Assembly: GCF_000315625.1 (NCBI RefSeq)
Contig: NW_005434656.1
Location: forward strand, 62,001 to 126,000
Reading direction: 5' to 3'
DNA: 64,000 bases
Source of the DNA: Guillardia theta CCMP2712
Taxonomy: Eukaryota > Protista > Cryptophyta
Made by a program: the position numbers and the translations under genes. Each line of letters starts with the position of its first letter. The stretch's first letter is position 1. The notes under the pieces are model-generated. The model was not told the DNA's origin, did not search any database, and worked only from the letters and a program-made list of their open reading frames with translations. Shown piece by piece: positions 12,415 through 24,541 of the stretch.

Positions 12415-13958
12415 CATGACCCCTCTTGGAGCTTTGAAAGCGGGTGTGACGGGGTGTAGACGTTTTCCATGCTGACGAGACTAACTCTTCTGAGCAGATA
12501 CGCACACAGAGTTTCATGCGCTGAAACTAGACACAAGCACGTGTCCTTGCAAAAGTGTTTCTTCGTTGCAATTGCTTTCTCACTCGCACTCACACATATC
12601 GCTACTCCAAGGAAGAGACTCATCAACTCCCTTCCTGGATCAATGCAAGAAACTCTTCTGCTCTGGCATCTGAGACTTTCCAGCCTCCCGGCCAAACAGG
12701 GACAAGGTTCCTCTTCTGCATCGACACTTTGCTTCAGCGCGTGAGCTCACAAGGAAATTTGATCACGTCATGGACTTTGAGGATGGTCTCGAGCGCGCTG
12801 CGAGCCCTACCAGTAGATGGAGTCAGAAACAGAGGGAGCGAGAACCGTCGAGACAGCCAAGGCAAACGATTGAGGGAGGCCAGGAGAGGCGAGGCAAGCA
12901 CAAGGATACAAGAAGAAACAAGGGTTCTGCCTTGCAACTCACAAGTTCAAGTCGCCGAATGAATCTTGGTCCCAATAGTGCTGTTGAGCGATGTGAAACA
13001 GGAGCTTGCAATCACGGTCAGTCAAGAAGCAAAGCGGAAGGAGGCAGACGAGGTCCCAGGACAACAGTGCTTCACCGCTCTGCTATGAGGAAGACTCGAC
13101 AAGCAGGCTGTCGTCGTTGCAAGCGCCTTTTCAGGGGTCAAAGTCGTGTCGCTCACTATGCTTCTATAGTCCAAGACGGCCATGGCCAACTCGTGCAAGG
13201 CTGGCTCTGCCGTCAAGTCAGCAGACGGTTCGCGAGCGAGAGCAACACAAGTTGATCGGGGAGAAGAGTATCACTTGACATGAGGGTTTTGACTAGGTTG
13301 GGGCTCTTCTTGATCGCCAGGACAACTGGTCTGAGGCACTTTGCTGCTTCCTGAAGAGAAATCAAGACGGAGGGAGAAGGGCCACCAGACTGCTCCTCTC
13401 AGTCGTACCCCTCGCACCTCGCTGCCCGGCCTTGTCTATTGTTCCCACCCTCCTACTCTCTTCCATCGTCACACACCGCTGCTGCCTCTGCCTTTGTGCA
13501 GCTTTTCTGCTCCTCCCTTCCCCTTCTCCCTCACCACCACGACGCGCCTCTACTCAAGCATTGTCGCTAGCCTCGTTATTACCCTATAGCGCATCTGCTC
13601 CTTGAGGATCTCACTTTGGCCTCGGAGGCGAGCGATGCTGACTGTGAGGGAGTCAGCTGACAGGCTACACAGCGAGAGGAGGCCGACAACCAAACAGGAG
13701 GAGATGAGCCGAGATCTGTCCTTACCTTCATCGCTCAGCGACCAGTCTGCTGCATCATACATCTACATGTACAGACATGAGACTGGGTTTAACAGACGAG
13801 CAAATAAAAGAAGCGTTGCAGCGGATAATACTTGTACCTCGTCCAGAATCGCTTGTGCACTTTGGAGATCTTCTTCATGAAAGCATTTCCATGCTAACAG
13901 GATCTTGCTGTTGAACGAATATCAGCTATATACTCCTCCATCTCCACATTGGCATCCG

Positions 13959-14020
<62 letters not shown>

Positions 14021-14761
14021 GCAGCAATGAAAACAGTAATGACAACAACAACAAAATCAGCCCACCAGCAGCAGTGACAACAACAGTAGCAGCAGCAGCA
14101 TCAACAGCAACTATGCTTTCATCTCCATCATCCACAGTCTCCTCTCACCCTCGACTCGATCTTGAAAGGTATGGCTCGACAGACTCGATCTTGTCGATGC
14201 CCTCCTTCCACATGAAGGGATGTTTCCACATTTTCAAGTAGCCGAACGACGGACAGATGCTCGCTGAGGGGTACGGATCTAGCAGCTCCCAGTCTCGACA
14301 CGCACTGGTGCAGAGAACGACTCCATGCAAAGCCTTGGCTTCATCGGAAGAGCAGATGCTTTTCATCTGCTTCTCCAACTCCATGAATGACACTTCGCCG
14401 ATTTCCGTTCTCTGCCAGCAGACACTCAAGAGCAGCGGGTGCCTTCCGCGGTACCTCGCAGTTGATTTTGATCAGCAGACTCTTTGCCATGGCGGAGGTG
14501 GTGTCTAGGGAGACCACCTCCTCAGCCTCTGAGAAGAACTTCGAGAGGATCCTGGGATACTCAAAGTCCTCGTCTCCGATCTTGAAACTCGTCTTGATCA
14601 TCTGCTGGCATTGCTCGTTGTCAAAGTTGAGATCCCATAACAAGGAAAGACGCTCATATCTGGCCGGGAATGATTTCTCATTTATCTGTATAGCCTGATG
14701 AGCAACAAAAGTCACAGGGTAATAACACCGGGAATATCGTCATCTCCAACAACAACAACAA

Positions 14762-14796
<35 letters not shown>

Positions 14797-15532
14797 TCGT
14801 CATCGTCATCAATATCAACATCCACAACAACGTCGTCGTCGTCGTCGTCATCATCATCATCATCATCGTCATCATCGTCATCGTCGTCATCATCATCATC
14901 ATCGTCATCATCACCAACAACAACATCAACAACAACAATAACGTCGTCGTCGTCATCATCATCATCATCAACATCAACAAAAACATCCACAACAACAACA
15001 ACAGCAACATCAACATGCACAACCACAACAACAACATCCACAACAACAACAACAGCAAAAGCAACATCAACAGCAACAACATCCACAACAACATCAACAA
15101 GACAATCCTCTTCTCCCTTCGTATCCAGCTTCATCACACATTCAATGGTGATGAATGTGGCCAATATATTTAACCTACTTTTGAAAGCAATTTGAAGGCA
15201 GCCACGTAATCCTTTTCATCCTTCACAAGTTTGCGAGCACTCAGAACCAGGTTCTTTACTCCCATGACTTCGGATCTTGCGTCACTGTTTCCAAGCAAAT
15301 CACTGCCATCGCCTCCTCCCTTCAGGGACCTGCACTGCAGCAAACCCAGCCCACGTGTCTTGATGTAGTGAGGAGACCAAATCTCACTGCAGCTCTTACA
15401 CTTGCTGACCCCTTTGCATTCAAACAGCTGCTTCACCAGCAGCAGCGCACTGAAACAGCTATTCCTGAGCCTTCCCGCTCAGGTAACCCCGTCAACTCCC
15501 CACTCAATCGACTGATACCTGACAAACACCAT
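12415..15532 (-). pseudogene. 3'-truncated copy 1 of the TPR-like gene
   Basis: Homology to copy 2 stops at ~12415 and abuts the GC-rich island. There is also a local sequence replacement near 12497-12510. Confidence 0.55.
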
Positions 15533-15726
15533 GTGCAGACGGTTTGGAGCGAAAACACGTTCCAACAAAACACGGCACCTGTTGAGAGCCAGATCAAAAA
15601 GTCGACATTCCAAAGCAGACCCAAAGCACCACAGTCACACCGGATTGTCCTGGTCCTCCTGTTTGTCCTTCCTCTGCTCGTCGTTCTTCGTCCTCGTTCA
15701 CTTTGAGGGAAATCTGTGGAGGCTAT

Positions 15727-16037
15727 TTCCCCTCGGTAGGTTCGTCCGCGGCTCGCAGTTTTTTAATGCCGGTTCACAATTTTTTATGTGCAGTCTACAG
15801 TTTGTTTTCTGTGAGAACTATAAAGCTGACGGGCCATCAGTCCAAGTCTCGAAATCTTTGCGGGAGCTGAAACTGATTTGAAAATGAGACCGCAGCACCT
15901 TTTGTGCGCTGACACTGCATCTGCCGCAATCTTGGCTGTAGGGGGATGTAGGGGGGAAGAATTCCCCTCGGTAGGTTCGTCCGCGGCTCGCAGTTTTTTA
16001 ATGCCGGTTCACAATTTTTTATGTGCAGTCTACAGTT
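15727..16037. repeat. Pair of 76-bp direct repeats R (15727-15802, 15962-16037); also 19473-19548, 19708-19783, 23222-23297 and a variant at 23457-23512
   Basis: ttcccctcggtaggttcgtccgcggctcgcagttttttaatgccggttcacaattttttatgtgcagtctacagtt occurs twice per unit, 235 bp apart. Confidence 0.95.
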
Positions 16038-16062
16038 CGAATATGATGACATGCATGAAATA

Positions 16063-17872
16063 CTATGAGTCGAGTCGGATGCTCTCCAAGACGCGATTGA
16101 AACCTCGATCCTTTTCCTTGCAGTCGGACTGTCGCCCAAGAATACATCTTCGTTCCTCCACTCATCGGCGTGTCAAATAAGAGAAGCTCGCGCTTACAAC
16201 TCCCTGACACGATTCAAGCATGCACAAGTGGCCATAACACTCTTTGCTCTCGTCGGACTCGCACGGATGAATGATGGGGCCTGCGCCACCAGAACAAGGA
16301 AATTGCGCATGCCGCGATCAAACCATGACCCCTCTTGGAGCTTTGAAAGCGGGTGTGACGGGGTGTAGACGTTTTCCATGCTGACGAGACTAACTCTTCT
16401 GAGCAATGGCTACTTCTCAGTCTCGTTTCATGCGCTGAAACTAGACACAAGCACGTGTCCTTGCAAAAGTGTTTCTTCGTTGCAATTGCTTTCTCACTCG
16501 CACTCACACATATCGCTACTCCAAGGAAGAGACTCATCAACTCCCTTCCTGGATCAATGCAAGAAACTCTTCTGCTCCGGCATCTGAGACTTTCCAGCCT
16601 CCTGGCCAAACAGGGACAAGGTTCCTCTTCTGCATCGACACTTTGCTTCAGCGCGTGAGCTCACAAGGAAATTTGATCACGTCATGGACTTTGAGGATGG
16701 TCTCGAGCGCGCTGCGAGCCCTACCAGTAGATGGAGTCAGAAACAGAGGGAGCGAGAACCGTCGAGACAGCCAAGGCAAACGATTGAAGGAGGCCAGGAG
16801 AGGCGAGGCAAGCACAAGGATACAAGAAGAAACAAGGGTTCTGCCTTGCAACTCACAAGTTCAAGTCGCCGAATGAATCTTGGTCCCAATAGTGCTGTTG
16901 AGCGATGTGAAACAGGAGCTTGCAATCACGGTCAGTCAAGAAGCAAAGCGGAAGGAGGCAGACGAGGTCCCAGGACAACAGTGCTTCACCGCTCTGCTAT
17001 GAGGAAGACTCGACAAGCAGGCTGTCGTCGTTGCAAGCGCCTTTTCAGGGGTCAAAGTCGTGTCGCTCACTATGCTTCTATAGTCCAAGACGGCCATGGC
17101 CAACTCGTGCAAGGCTGGCTCTGCCGTCAAGTCAGCAGACGGTTCGCGAGCGAGAGCAACACAAGTTGATCGGGGAGAAGAGTATCACTTGACATGAGGG
17201 TTTTGACTAGATTGGGGCTCTTCTTGATCGCCAGGACAACTGGTCTGAGGCACTTTGCTGCTTCCTGAAGAGAAATCAAGACGGAGGGAGAAGGGCCACC
17301 AGACTGCTCCTCTCAGTCGTACCCCTCGCACCTCGCTGCCCGGCCTTGTCTGTTGTTCCCACCCTCCTACTCTCTTCCATCGTCACACACCGCTGCTGCC
17401 TCTGCCTTTGTGCAGCTTTTCTGCTCCTCCCTTCCCCTTCTCCCTCACCACCACGACGCGCCTCTACTCAAGCATTGTCGCTAGCCTCGTTATTACCCTA
17501 TAGCGCATCTGCTCCTTGAGGATCTCACTTTGGCCTCGGAGGCGAGCGATGCTGACTGTGAGGGAGTCAGCTGACAGGCTACACAGCGAGAGGAGGCCGA
17601 CAACCAAACAGGAGGAGATGAGCCGAGATCTGTCCTTACCTTCATCGCTCAGCGACCAGTCTGCTGCATCATACATCTACATGTACAGACATGAGACTGG
17701 GTTTAACAGACGAGCAAATAAAAGAAGCGTTGCAGCGGATAATACTTGTACCTCGTCCAGAATCGCTTGTGCACTTTGGAGATCTTCTTCATGAAAGCAT
17801 TTCCATGCTAACAGGATCTTGCTGTTGAACGAATATCAGCTATATACTCCTCCATCTCCACATTGGCATCCG

Positions 17873-17915
<43 letters not shown>

Positions 17916-19278
17916 AGCAAGCAGGCAGCATCAACATCCTCCTCTTCCTTCTCATCATCATCATCAGCAGCAGCAGCAGCAATGAAAACAGTAATGACAA
18001 CAACAACAAAATCAGCACCACCAGCAGCAGCGACAACAACAGTAGCAGCAGCAGCATCAACAGCAACTATGCTTTCATCTCCATCATCCACAGTCTCCTC
18101 TCACCCTCGACTCGATCTTGAAAGGTATGGCTCGACAGACTCGATCTTGTCGATGCCCTCCTTCCACATGAAGGGATGTTTCCACATTTTCAAGTAGCCG
18201 AACGACGGACAGATGCTCGCTGAGGGGTACGGATCTAGCAGCTCCCAGTCTCGACACGCACTGGTGCAGAGAACGACTCCATGCAAAGCCTTGGCTTCAT
18301 CGGAAGAGCAGATGCTTTTCATCTGCTTCTCCAACTCCATGAATGACACTTCGCCGATTTCCGTTCTCTGCCAGCACACACTCAAGAGCAGCGGGTGCCT
18401 TCCGCGGTACCTCGCAGTTGATTTTGATCAGCAGACTCTTTGCCATGGCGGAGGTGGTGTCTAGGGAGACCACCTCCTCAGCCTCTGAGAAGAACTTCGA
18501 GAGGATCCTGGGATACTCAAAGTCCTCGTCTCCGATCTTGAAACTCGTCTTGATCATCTGCTGGCATTGCTCGTTGTCAAAGTTGAGATCCCATAACAAG
18601 GAAAGACGCTCATATCTGGCCGGGAATGATTTCTCATTTATCTGTATAGCCTGATGAGCAACAAAAGTCACAGGATGATAACAACAATAACAACATCAAC
18701 AACAACAACGTCGTCGTCGTCATCATCATCATCATCATCAACATCCACATCCACAACAACAACATCCACAACAACAACATCAACAACAACATCCACAACA
18801 ACAACAGCAACAGCAAAAGCAACAACATCCACAACAACATCAACAAGACAATCCTCTTCTCCCTTCGCATCCAGCTTCATCACACATTCAATGGTGATGA
18901 ATGTGGCCAATATATTTAACCTACTTTTGAAAGCAATTTGAAGGCAGCCACGTAATCCTTTTCATCCTTCACAAGTTTGCGAGCACTCAGAACCAGGTTC
19001 TTTACTCCCATGACTTCGGATCTTGCGTCACTGTTTCCAAGCAAATCACTGCCATCGCCTCCTCCCTTCAGGGACCTGCACTGCAGCAAACCCAGCCCAC
19101 GTGTCTTGATGTAGTGAGGAGACCAAATCTCACTGCAGCTCTTACACTTGCTGACCCCTTTGCATTCAAACAGCTGCTTCACCAGCAGCAGCGCACTGAA
19201 ACAGCTATTCCTGAGCCTTCCCGCTCAGGTAACCCCGTCAACTCCCCACTCGATCGAATGATACCTGACAAACACCAT
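16063..19278 (-). CDS. Multi-exon TPR-like helical protein with putative N-terminal signal and LKGG motif (copy 2)
   Basis: Splicing 18924->18651 gives KDYVAAFKLLSK|AIQINEKSFPARYERLSLLW (TPR pattern). Later helix pair LLFHIAQQHYW...ARSALETILK. Putative start MVFVRNSCFSALLL...RSLKGG. Both ends are approximate. Confidence 0.55.
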
Positions 19279-19808
19279 GTGCAGACGGTTTGGAGCGAAA
19301 ACACGTTCCAACAAAACACGGCACCTGTTGAGAGCCAGATCAAAAAGTCGACATTCCAAAGCAGACCCAAAGCACCACAGTCACACCGGATTGTCCTGGT
19401 CCTCCTGTTTGTCCTTCCTCTGCTCGTCGTTCTTCGTCCTCGTTCACTTTGAGGGAAATCTGTGGAGGCTATTTCCCCTCGGTAGGTTCGTCCGCGGCTC
19501 GCAGTTTTTTAATGCCGGTTCACAATTTTTTATGTGCAGTCTACAGTTTGTTTTCTGTGAGAACTATAAAGCTGACGGGCCATCAGTCCAAGTCTCGAAA
19601 TCTTTGCGGGAGCTGAAACTGATTTGAAAATGAGACCGCAGCACCTTTTGTGCGCTGACACTGCATCTGCCGCAATCTTGGCTGTAGGGGGATGTAGGGG
19701 GGAAGAATTCCCCTCGGTAGGTTCGTCCGCGGCTCGCAGTTTTTTAATGCCGGTTCACAATTTTTTATGTGCAGTCTACAGTTCGAATATGATGACATGC
19801 ATGAAATA

Positions 19809-21618
19809 CTATGAGTCGAGTCGGATGCTCTCCAAGACGCGATTGAAACCTCGATCCTTTTCCTTGCAGTCGGACTGTCGCCCAAGAATACATCTTCGTT
19901 CCTCCACTCATCGGCGTGTCAAATAAGAGAAGCTCGCGCTTACAACTCCCTGACACGATTCAAGCATGCACAAGTGGCCATAACACTCTTTGCTCTCGTC
20001 GGACTCGCACGGATGAATGATGGGGCCTGCGCCACCAGAACAAGGAAATTGCGCATGCCGCGATCAAACCATGACCCCTCTTGGAGCTTTGAAAGCGGGT
20101 GTGACGGGGTGTAGACGTTTTCCATGCTGACGAGACTAACTCTTCTGAGCAATGGCTACTTCTCAGTCTCGTTTCATGCGCTGAAACTAGACACAAGCAC
20201 GTGTCCTTGCAAAAGTGTTTCTTCGTTGCAATTGCTTTCTCACTCGCACTCACACATATCGCTACTCCAAGGAAGAGACTCATCAACTCCCTTCCTGGAT
20301 CAATGCAAGAAACTCTTCTGCTCCGGCATCTGAGACTTTCCAGCCTCCTGGCCAAACAGGGACAAGGTTCCTCTTCTGCATCGACACTTTGCTTCAGCGC
20401 GTGAGCTCACAAGGAAATTTGATCACGTCATGGACTTTGAGGATGGTCTCGAGCGCGCTGCGAGCCCTACCAGTAGATGGAGTCAGAAACAGAGGGAGCG
20501 AGAACCGTCGAGACAGCCAAGGCAAACGATTGAAGGAGGCCAGGAGAGGCGAGGCAAGCACAAGGATACAAGAAGAAACAAGGGTTCTGCCTTGCAACTC
20601 ACAAGTTCAAGTCGCCGAATGAATCTTGGTCCCAATAGTGCTGTTGAGCGATGTGAAACAGGAGCTTGCAATCACGGTCAGTCAAGAAGCAAAGCGGAAG
20701 GAGGCAGACGAGGTCCCAGGACAACAGTGCTTCACCGCTCTGCTATGAGGAAGACTCGACAAGCAGGCTGTCGTCGTTGCAAGCGCCTTTTCAGGGGTCA
20801 AAGTCGTGTCGCTCACTATGCTTCTATAGTCCAAGACGGCCATGGCCAACTCGTGCAAGGCTGGCTCTGCCGTCAAGTCAGCAGACGGTTCGCGAGCGAG
20901 AGCAACACAAGTTGATCGGGGAGAAGAGTATCACTTGACATGAGGGTTTTGACTAGGTTGGGGCTCTTCTTGATCGCCAGGACAACTGGTCTGAGGCACT
21001 TTGCTGCTTCCTGAAGAGAAATCAAGACGGAGGGAGAAGGGCCACCAGACTGCTCCTCTCAGTCGTACCCCTCGCACCTCGCTGCCCGGCCTTGTCTGTT
21101 GTTCCCACCCTCCTACTCTCTTCCATCGTCACACACCGCTGCTGCCTCTGCCTTTGTGCAGCTTTTCTGCTCCTCCCTTCCCCTTCTCCCTCACCACCAC
21201 GACGCGCCTCTACTCAAGCATTGTCGCTAGCCTCGTTATTACCCTATAGCGCATCTGCTCCTTGAGGATCTCACTTTGGCCTCGGAGGCGAGCGATGCTG
21301 ACTGTGAGGGAGTCAGCTGACAGGCTACACAGCGAGAGGAGGCCGACAACCAAACAGGAGGAGATGAGCCGAGATCTGTCCTTACCTTCATCGCTCAGCG
21401 ACCAGTCTGCTGCATCATACATCTACATGTACAGACATGAGACTGGGTTTAACAGACGAGCAAATAAAAGAAGCGTTGCAGCGGATAATACTTGTACCTC
21501 GTCCAGAATCGCTTGTGCACTTTGGAGATCTTCTTCATGAAAGCATTTCCATGCTAACAGGATCTTGCTGTTGAACGAATATCAGCTATATACTCCTCCA
21601 TCTCCACATTGGCATCCG

Positions 21619-21661
<43 letters not shown>

Positions 21662-23027
21662 AGCAAGCAGGCAGCATCAACATCCTCCTCTTCCTTCTCA
21701 TCATCATCATCAGCAGCAGCAGCAGCAATGAAAACAGTAATGACAACAACAACAAAATCAGCACCACCAGCAGCAGCGACAACAACAGTAGCAGCAGCAG
21801 CATCAACAGCAACTATGCTTTCATCTCCATCATCCACAGTCTCCTCTCACCCTCGACTCGATCTTGAAAGGTATGGCTCGACAGACTCGATCTTGTCGAT
21901 GCCCTCCTTCCACATGAAGGGATGTTTCCACATTTTCAAGTAGCCGAACGACGGACAGATGCTCGCTGAGGGGTACGGATCTAGCAGCTCCCAGTCTCGA
22001 CACGCACTGGTGCAGAGAACGACTCCATGCAAAGCCTTGGCTTCATCGGAAGAGCAGATGCTTTTCATCTGCTTCTCCAACTCCATGAATGACACTTCGC
22101 CGATTTCCGTTCTCTGCCAGCACACACTCAAGAGCAGCGGGTGCCTTCCGCGGTACCTCGCAGTTGATTTTGATCAGCAGACTCTTTGCCATGGCGGAGG
22201 TGGTGTCTAGGGAGACCACCTCCTCAGCCTCTGAGAAGAACTTCGAGAGGATCCTGGGATACTCAAAGTCCTCGTCTCCGATCTTGAAACTCGTCTTGAT
22301 CATCTGCTGGCATTGCTCGTTGTCAAAGTTGAGATCCCATAACAAGGAAAGACGCTCATATCTGGCCGGGAATGATTTCTCATTTATCTGTATAGCCTGA
22401 TGAGCAACAAAAGTCACAGGATGATAACAACAATAACAACATCAACAACAACAACGTCGTCGTCGTCGTCATCATCATCATCATCATCAACATCCACATC
22501 CACAACAACAACATCCACAACAACAACATCAACAACAACATCCACAACAACAACAGCAACAGCAAAAGCAACAACATCCACAACAACATCAACAAGACAA
22601 TCCTCTTCTCCCTTCGTATCCAGCTTCATCACACATTCAATGGTGATGAATGTGGCCAATATATTTAACCTACTTTTGAAAGCAATTTGAAGGCAGCCAC
22701 GTAATCCTTTTCATCCTTCACAAGTTTGCGAGCACTCAGAACCAGGTTCTTTACTCCCATGACTTCGGATCTTGCGTCACTGTTTCCAAGCAAATCACTG
22801 CCATCGCCTCCTCCCTTCAGGGACCTGCACTGCAGCAAACCCAGCCCACGTGTCTTGATGTAGTGAGGAGACCAAATCTCACTGCAGCTCTTACACTTGC
22901 TGACCCCTTTGCATTCAAACAGCTGCTTCACCAGCAGCAGCGCACTGAAACAGCTATTCCTGAGCCTTCCCGCTCAGGTAACCCCGTCAACTCCCCACTC
23001 GATCGAATGATACCTGACAAACACCAT
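19809..23027 (-). CDS. Multi-exon TPR-like protein (copy 3)
   Basis: Near-identical to copy 2. Confidence 0.55.
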
Positions 23028-23519
23028 GTGCAGACGGTTTGGAGCGAAAACACGTTCCAACAAAACACGGCACCTGTTGAGAGCCAGATCAAAAAGTCGA
23101 CATTCCAAAGCAGACCCAAAGCACCACAGTCACACCGGATTGTCCTGGGCCTCCTGTTTGTCCTTCCTCTGCTCGTCGTTCTTCGTCCTCGTTCACTTTG
23201 AGGGAAATCTGTGGAGGCTATTTCCCCTCGGTAGGTTCGTCCGCGGCTCGCAGTTTTTTAATGCCGGTTCACAATTTTTTATGTGCAGTCTACAGTTTGT
23301 TTTCTGTGAGAACTATAAAGCTGACGGGCCATCAGTCCAAGTCTCGAAATCTTTGCGGGAGCTGAAACTGATTTGAAAATGAGACCGCAGCACCTTTTGT
23401 GCGCTGACACTGCATCTGCCGCAATCTTGGCTGTAGGGGGATGTAGGGGGGAAGAATTCCCCTCGGTAGGTTCGTCCGCGGCTCGCAATTTTTTAATGCC
23501 GTTTCACAATTTAACTATA

Positions 23520-24000
23520 AAGCTGACGGGGGCGGGGGGCGGGCACTGTGTCCGTGACGCTGATCGGATGGCGTGACGCCCGGCCAGTACTTGTGTGACT
23601 GAGGCTTTCGGAGGGGCCTCTACGGGGCACTGATGGAGTTGACGCGACGGTGCCAGTGATTGGTGACCACTGCCGCCGGGTGTCTGAGTCCGCCGGAGCC
23701 CGCGGCCCGGGCCTCGGATCCGGGCCGGCGCCGGCGCCGGCACTGTTGGGCCCGACGGTTGCCAGTTGGACCTGGCCCAGTCACTCAGGGCCAACCCGGG
23801 CCCCCCGCAGTGCCGCAGTGCCGCCCGCTGCGGCCCGGGCCGCGGGGGGCCCTGGGGCCCGCCGCCGGCTCAGGGTCCGCCAGGTCCGCCGACCCTCAGG
23901 CTGGCACTGCCGCTGAATGCGGCGGCGGCCCGGCGCGGCCGGGGCTCCGGCCCGATTGCCCGAGTCCGGCACTAGCCTCGGCTGGGTGAAGTTCACGGTA
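23520..24000. promoter_or_regulatory. Very GC-rich CCGG/CCCGG island upstream of the TPR array
   Basis: Extreme GC/CpG density, only spurious Pro/Ala/Gly ORFs, located between divergent genes. Confidence 0.45.
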
Positions 24001-24541
24001 CGAAAGAGTCCGATCCTGGGGTTCCGATTATACATAATTATGCATAATATAATATATAATCGATAGCATTAGGCGTCACATGACTTCATTATGATCAAAT
24101 TATATACAAATCTATATAAGTGTCCACGTGATGGGAGGGTGGGGTTTTGATGACCAAAGGAGGGTAGGGGGTGCTGCGGGTTCTGAAAATGTTATGAAGG
24201 AGGGGTATCTTGAGACTATCCTGGAGGGGTCAGTGTTTAGCACATGAGGTGCATTTGCTGAGGGTGGGGTAGTCCGAGGTATGTCAGACCAGAACCATGA
24301 GCGGGTACCCCCACCGAGATACAGATGGTTACCGAGGACCCCTCAATTATCCCTTATCCACCCCTCTTATGTACATTGAAACCGGTCTGCTGGAATGGAT
24401 TACCCCTCGTTTTCACCTTCCCACCCCACCCCGCCATAGTTCCTTCCCGCCTGTCAATGCATCCGCCGCGGTTGCCGCTGCTTGAGGGCAGAGGAAGAAG
24501 GGGAGGGCAGTGGAGGAGGAGAGAGGAATGCGAGGAGAAGG

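Larger units (their letters stand above)
12415..23512. repeat. Head-to-tail tandem array of 3 units (12415-16037 truncated, 16038-19783, 19784-23512), period ~3746 bp
   Basis: The ORF track repeats three times. Copies 2 and 3 are nearly identical; copy 1 is more diverged and lacks the 16038-16323-equivalent segment. Confidence 0.97.

Noticed and set aside
14678-15195. Poly-S/T, poly-D/V and poly-M/L ORFs (also in copies 2 and 3)
   Set aside because: These are triplet microsatellites inside a predicted intron and are open in many frames by composition.
15727-16037. Repeat-spacer-repeat as CRISPR, tRNA or snRNA
   Set aside because: The 76-bp repeat and 159-bp spacer are identical in every unit. 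No cloverleaf or U1/U2/U5/U6 signature is seen.
12415-23512. Array as an autonomous transposon, Helitron, LTR element or endogenous virus
   Set aside because: No transposase, RT, integrase, Rep/helicase or capsid motifs are recognised. The cargo is an intron-rich host-like gene, and no TIRs or TSDs are evident.
23504-24035. Pro/Ala/Gly-rich ORFs in the GC island
   Set aside because: Expected from extreme GC content. No domain or splice support.
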